From NCBI GenBank assembly GCA_016199805.1, contig JACQGC010000005.1:6019-70018 (forward strand): a DNA stretch of 64,000 nt, read 5' to 3'. The position numbers and the translations under genes are program-made. Of the stretch, positions 62,040-64,000 are shown one piece after another. The notes beneath the pieces were generated by a model. It saw nothing but the letters and a program-made list of their open reading frames with translations, had not been told where the DNA came from and did not search any database. Numbering within the stretch: the first letter of the stretch is position 1; each line of letters opens with the position of its first letter. The DNA is from Candidatus Nomurabacteria bacterium (lineage in GTDB: Bacteria > Patescibacteriota > Minisyncoccia > Phycocordibacterales > UBA9973).

Positions 62040-64000
62040 CTAATTTAAGTTATCTAGTAATTTATTTAACATATCTAACAATAATTGCGCATCTATTTTT
62101 GACAGCTTTTTAGGTTTTAGATGTTTTGGGTCCGGTTTAGCTAGTTTATTTTCCAAAACTGACTTGAATTTATCTACCTTCAACTTTGCTTTATCTATCT
62201 TCCCCTTCTGAATTGATTTTATTATATTGTCAATCCTTTTATCAAAAGCTTTGATTTTTGCTTGAGTCAAATCCAAGGAATCTATCGTTGCTTTCATGAT
62301 CTGCAAGTATATAACAGGGTCAAAATTTGCGCTTGGAGCTATGGTAAAATCAGTCACTCCGTCACCCGTAACATCTAATGCCAACTGTGGTGTTCCTGTA
62401 GTTTGGTTAAGGGTTATTTCTGCTTGTGTTTGTGTGGTTACGGGAATGTTCACAAAGGATGATGTCGTTGTCTGACCACTCGGAGCTATTGCCTGAGAAT
62501 TAAATGTAAAAGTTCCAATATCTGTACCCTGAAGTACTGTTTTTTGAATTTTATTCTGGCTGAGATTTACATATTTACCTTCTCCAAATTCAAGGTATGT
62601 GCTACCAGGGATACCTTCCTTAATAACGCAATTGCCTGTTACATCATCACAAACTTTTCCGGTAAAATTACCTTGCGTGTCATACACCCCTAGAGAAACT
62701 GGTGAATGAACACTTTGAACCAGAATAATATCTGACTGAAGTGGTTCCGTGTCTGTGATATTTGAAAGGGTAGATGATTTTTGTTCAACTACATTATCAA
62801 TAAACGACAACAGTTGCGGGTCTTCAAAAATATGGCCATGGTCCAGTGTCGACTGACTCAAGTCAAGCCAATATTTTGTACCTTGACCATATATTGCGCT
62901 TTGACTAACCACTGTTTCATCTCCACGTATACTTGTTATTGGTTGAAGATCATCAGCAATATATGTCATTCCAACTATGGTTGACCTACCCCACCCAGCA
63001 ATGTTTATAACATTGATTGATGACGGGAAAGTCATATTATCTATTGAATTATGAAGATTTTCTGCTTGAGTTAATAATACACTGTTTCCTATCGCAGGAG
63101 AAATTAAATCTGAATCTACTGGTTGTGTTCTACCCTCTTGTCCTAAAAGAAAATTATGTTCTTCTTGATAAGAATCTATACTAGGTCCATAAGCTGTAGT
63201 GTATATTTGCTCTGATGGGTCAAAAACTGCTGGATAATTAATTCCTGGTAAATCAAAATATTTCTGGGAAGGCAAAAGCCCATATGCAGATGCCATATTT
63301 TGCGCTAACTTGCGAGCATGAATTTTATCCATGAATGTAAGAAAATAATATGAAAGATCTTGATTGTACCCATGAAGAAGACCTGATAAGGCTTCTGGTG
63401 TACCCAGTTGTGGTACAGCCACCATGATAAGATTATCTATATGATCCACTAAATCACTTTGTCCAGCGGACTTCATATCTTCCAGTTTTTTTATTAGTGC
63501 TTTTGCTAAGAGTCCACCATTGCTGTGGGTAATTATTGTTACTTTGCCTGTCTTGGACGTGTTAATTAAATGCTGGAGTGTACCAATGAGAGTTAAAATT
63601 TGACCATCATTATATTTAGTACCGTTTTGAACTAAATCATTGACTCCTTGTCGCCAGTCATAAGCGAAAGGTTCCCAATCTGAAATTTTGTTTGTTGATT
63701 TTAAATTGTTTAACTCTGCGATTAGACTCTTGTATACATCCGGACCAGATACTGACAAAACATTAGTAGTTCCAATAATATCCCTGGTATATATATTCGG
63801 ATCAATGGAAGACCCGTTTGTGTTTAAATATAAATTTTCTACGTCACTATTTGAACTGGGTTCCCAAAACTTATATTCTGCCGTCATATCTGCAATAGTT
63901 TCCGATTTATATAATCTGCTTGCTTCAATTCCCGGCAGGAAAAGAACATTTGAGAAACAATCAACAGTGCAAGATGGTGTCACGGTAACAATATATTCTT
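62040..64000 (-). CDS. LCAT/phospholipase-like alpha/beta hydrolase (5'-truncated by the window edge)
   Basis: VLFLPGI.AS.L, FAYDWR, nucleophile elbow THSNGG, P.LGTP, GDETV and H..I. The frame is open to position 64000. Confidence 0.8.
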   Translation of the reverse strand, partial: EYIVTVTPSCTVDCFSNVLFLPGIEASRLYKSETIADMTAEYKFWEPSSNSDVENLYLNTNGSSIDPNIYTRDIIGTTNVLSVSGPDVYKSLIAELNNLKSTNKISDWEPFAYDWRQGVNDLVQNGTKYNDGQILTLIGTLQHLINTSKTGKVTIITHSNGGLLAKALIKKLEDMKSAGQSDLVDHIDNLIMVAVPQLGTPEALSGLLHGYNQDLSYYFLTFMDKIHARKLAQNMASAYGLLPSQKYFDLPGINYPAVFDPSEQIYTTAYGPSIDSYQEEHNFLLGQEGRTQPVDSDLISPAIGNSVLLTQAENLHNSIDNMTFPSSINVINIAGWGRSTIVGMTYIADDLQPITSIRGDETVVSQSAIYGQGTKYWLDLSQSTLDHGHIFEDPQLLSFIDNVVEQKSSTLSNITDTEPLQSDIILVQSVHSPVSLGVYDTQGNFTGKVCDDVTGNCVIKEGIPGSTYLEFGEGKYVNLSQNKIQKTVLQGTDIGTFTFNSQAIAPSGQTTTSSFVNIPVTTQTQAEITLNQTTGTPQLALDVTGDGVTDFTIAPSANFDPVIYLQIMKATIDSLDLTQAKIKAFDKRIDNIIKSIQKGKIDKAKLKVDKFKSVLENKLAKPDPKHLKPKKLSKIDAQLLLDMLNKLLDNLN

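Overview
This window looks like a small-genome Candidate Phyla Radiation bacterium (Patescibacteria/Parcubacteria-like). That is inferred from the gene set: compact PheS/PheT/ThrS/Smc, a NusB-Nudix fusion, no rimM, a type IV pilin cluster and many apparently leaderless genes. From left to right it contains: (i) the 3' end of a tRNA; (ii) a 15-kb minus-strand cell-surface cluster (two cohesin-like proteins, a dockerin protein, DUF916/WxL-like proteins, a class A beta-lactamase-fold hydrolase and a 2263-aa propeller/repeat protein with a C-terminal autocleavage-chaperone-like domain); (iii) a complete diversity-generating retroelement (DGR) at about 15.3-18.4 kb; (iv) core genes (rpoD, dnaG, rpoBC, trmD, rpsP, rnr, smc, rnc, nusB, rpmF, thrS, gyrB, pheST, ligA, tRNA-Ser); (v) a type IV pilin/pilD cluster and a truncated lipase-like gene. 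The DGR is the most interesting part. TR (16763-16891) and VR (17300-17428) differ at 18 of 129 positions, all at TR adenines. The architecture is atypical: avd is inverted and back-to-back with RT on a shared CATATG; TR appears to sit on its own promoter- and terminator-bounded ncRNA; a near-consensus promoter fires antisense into RT; and the target leader has a boxA-like motif. A second theme is a set of small palindromic elements inserted in frame into essential genes (ligA x3, pheT x2, rpoD, trmD, helicase, pilin) and in front of the rpsP and gyrB start codons. All calls come from reading the sequence; no database searches were run.
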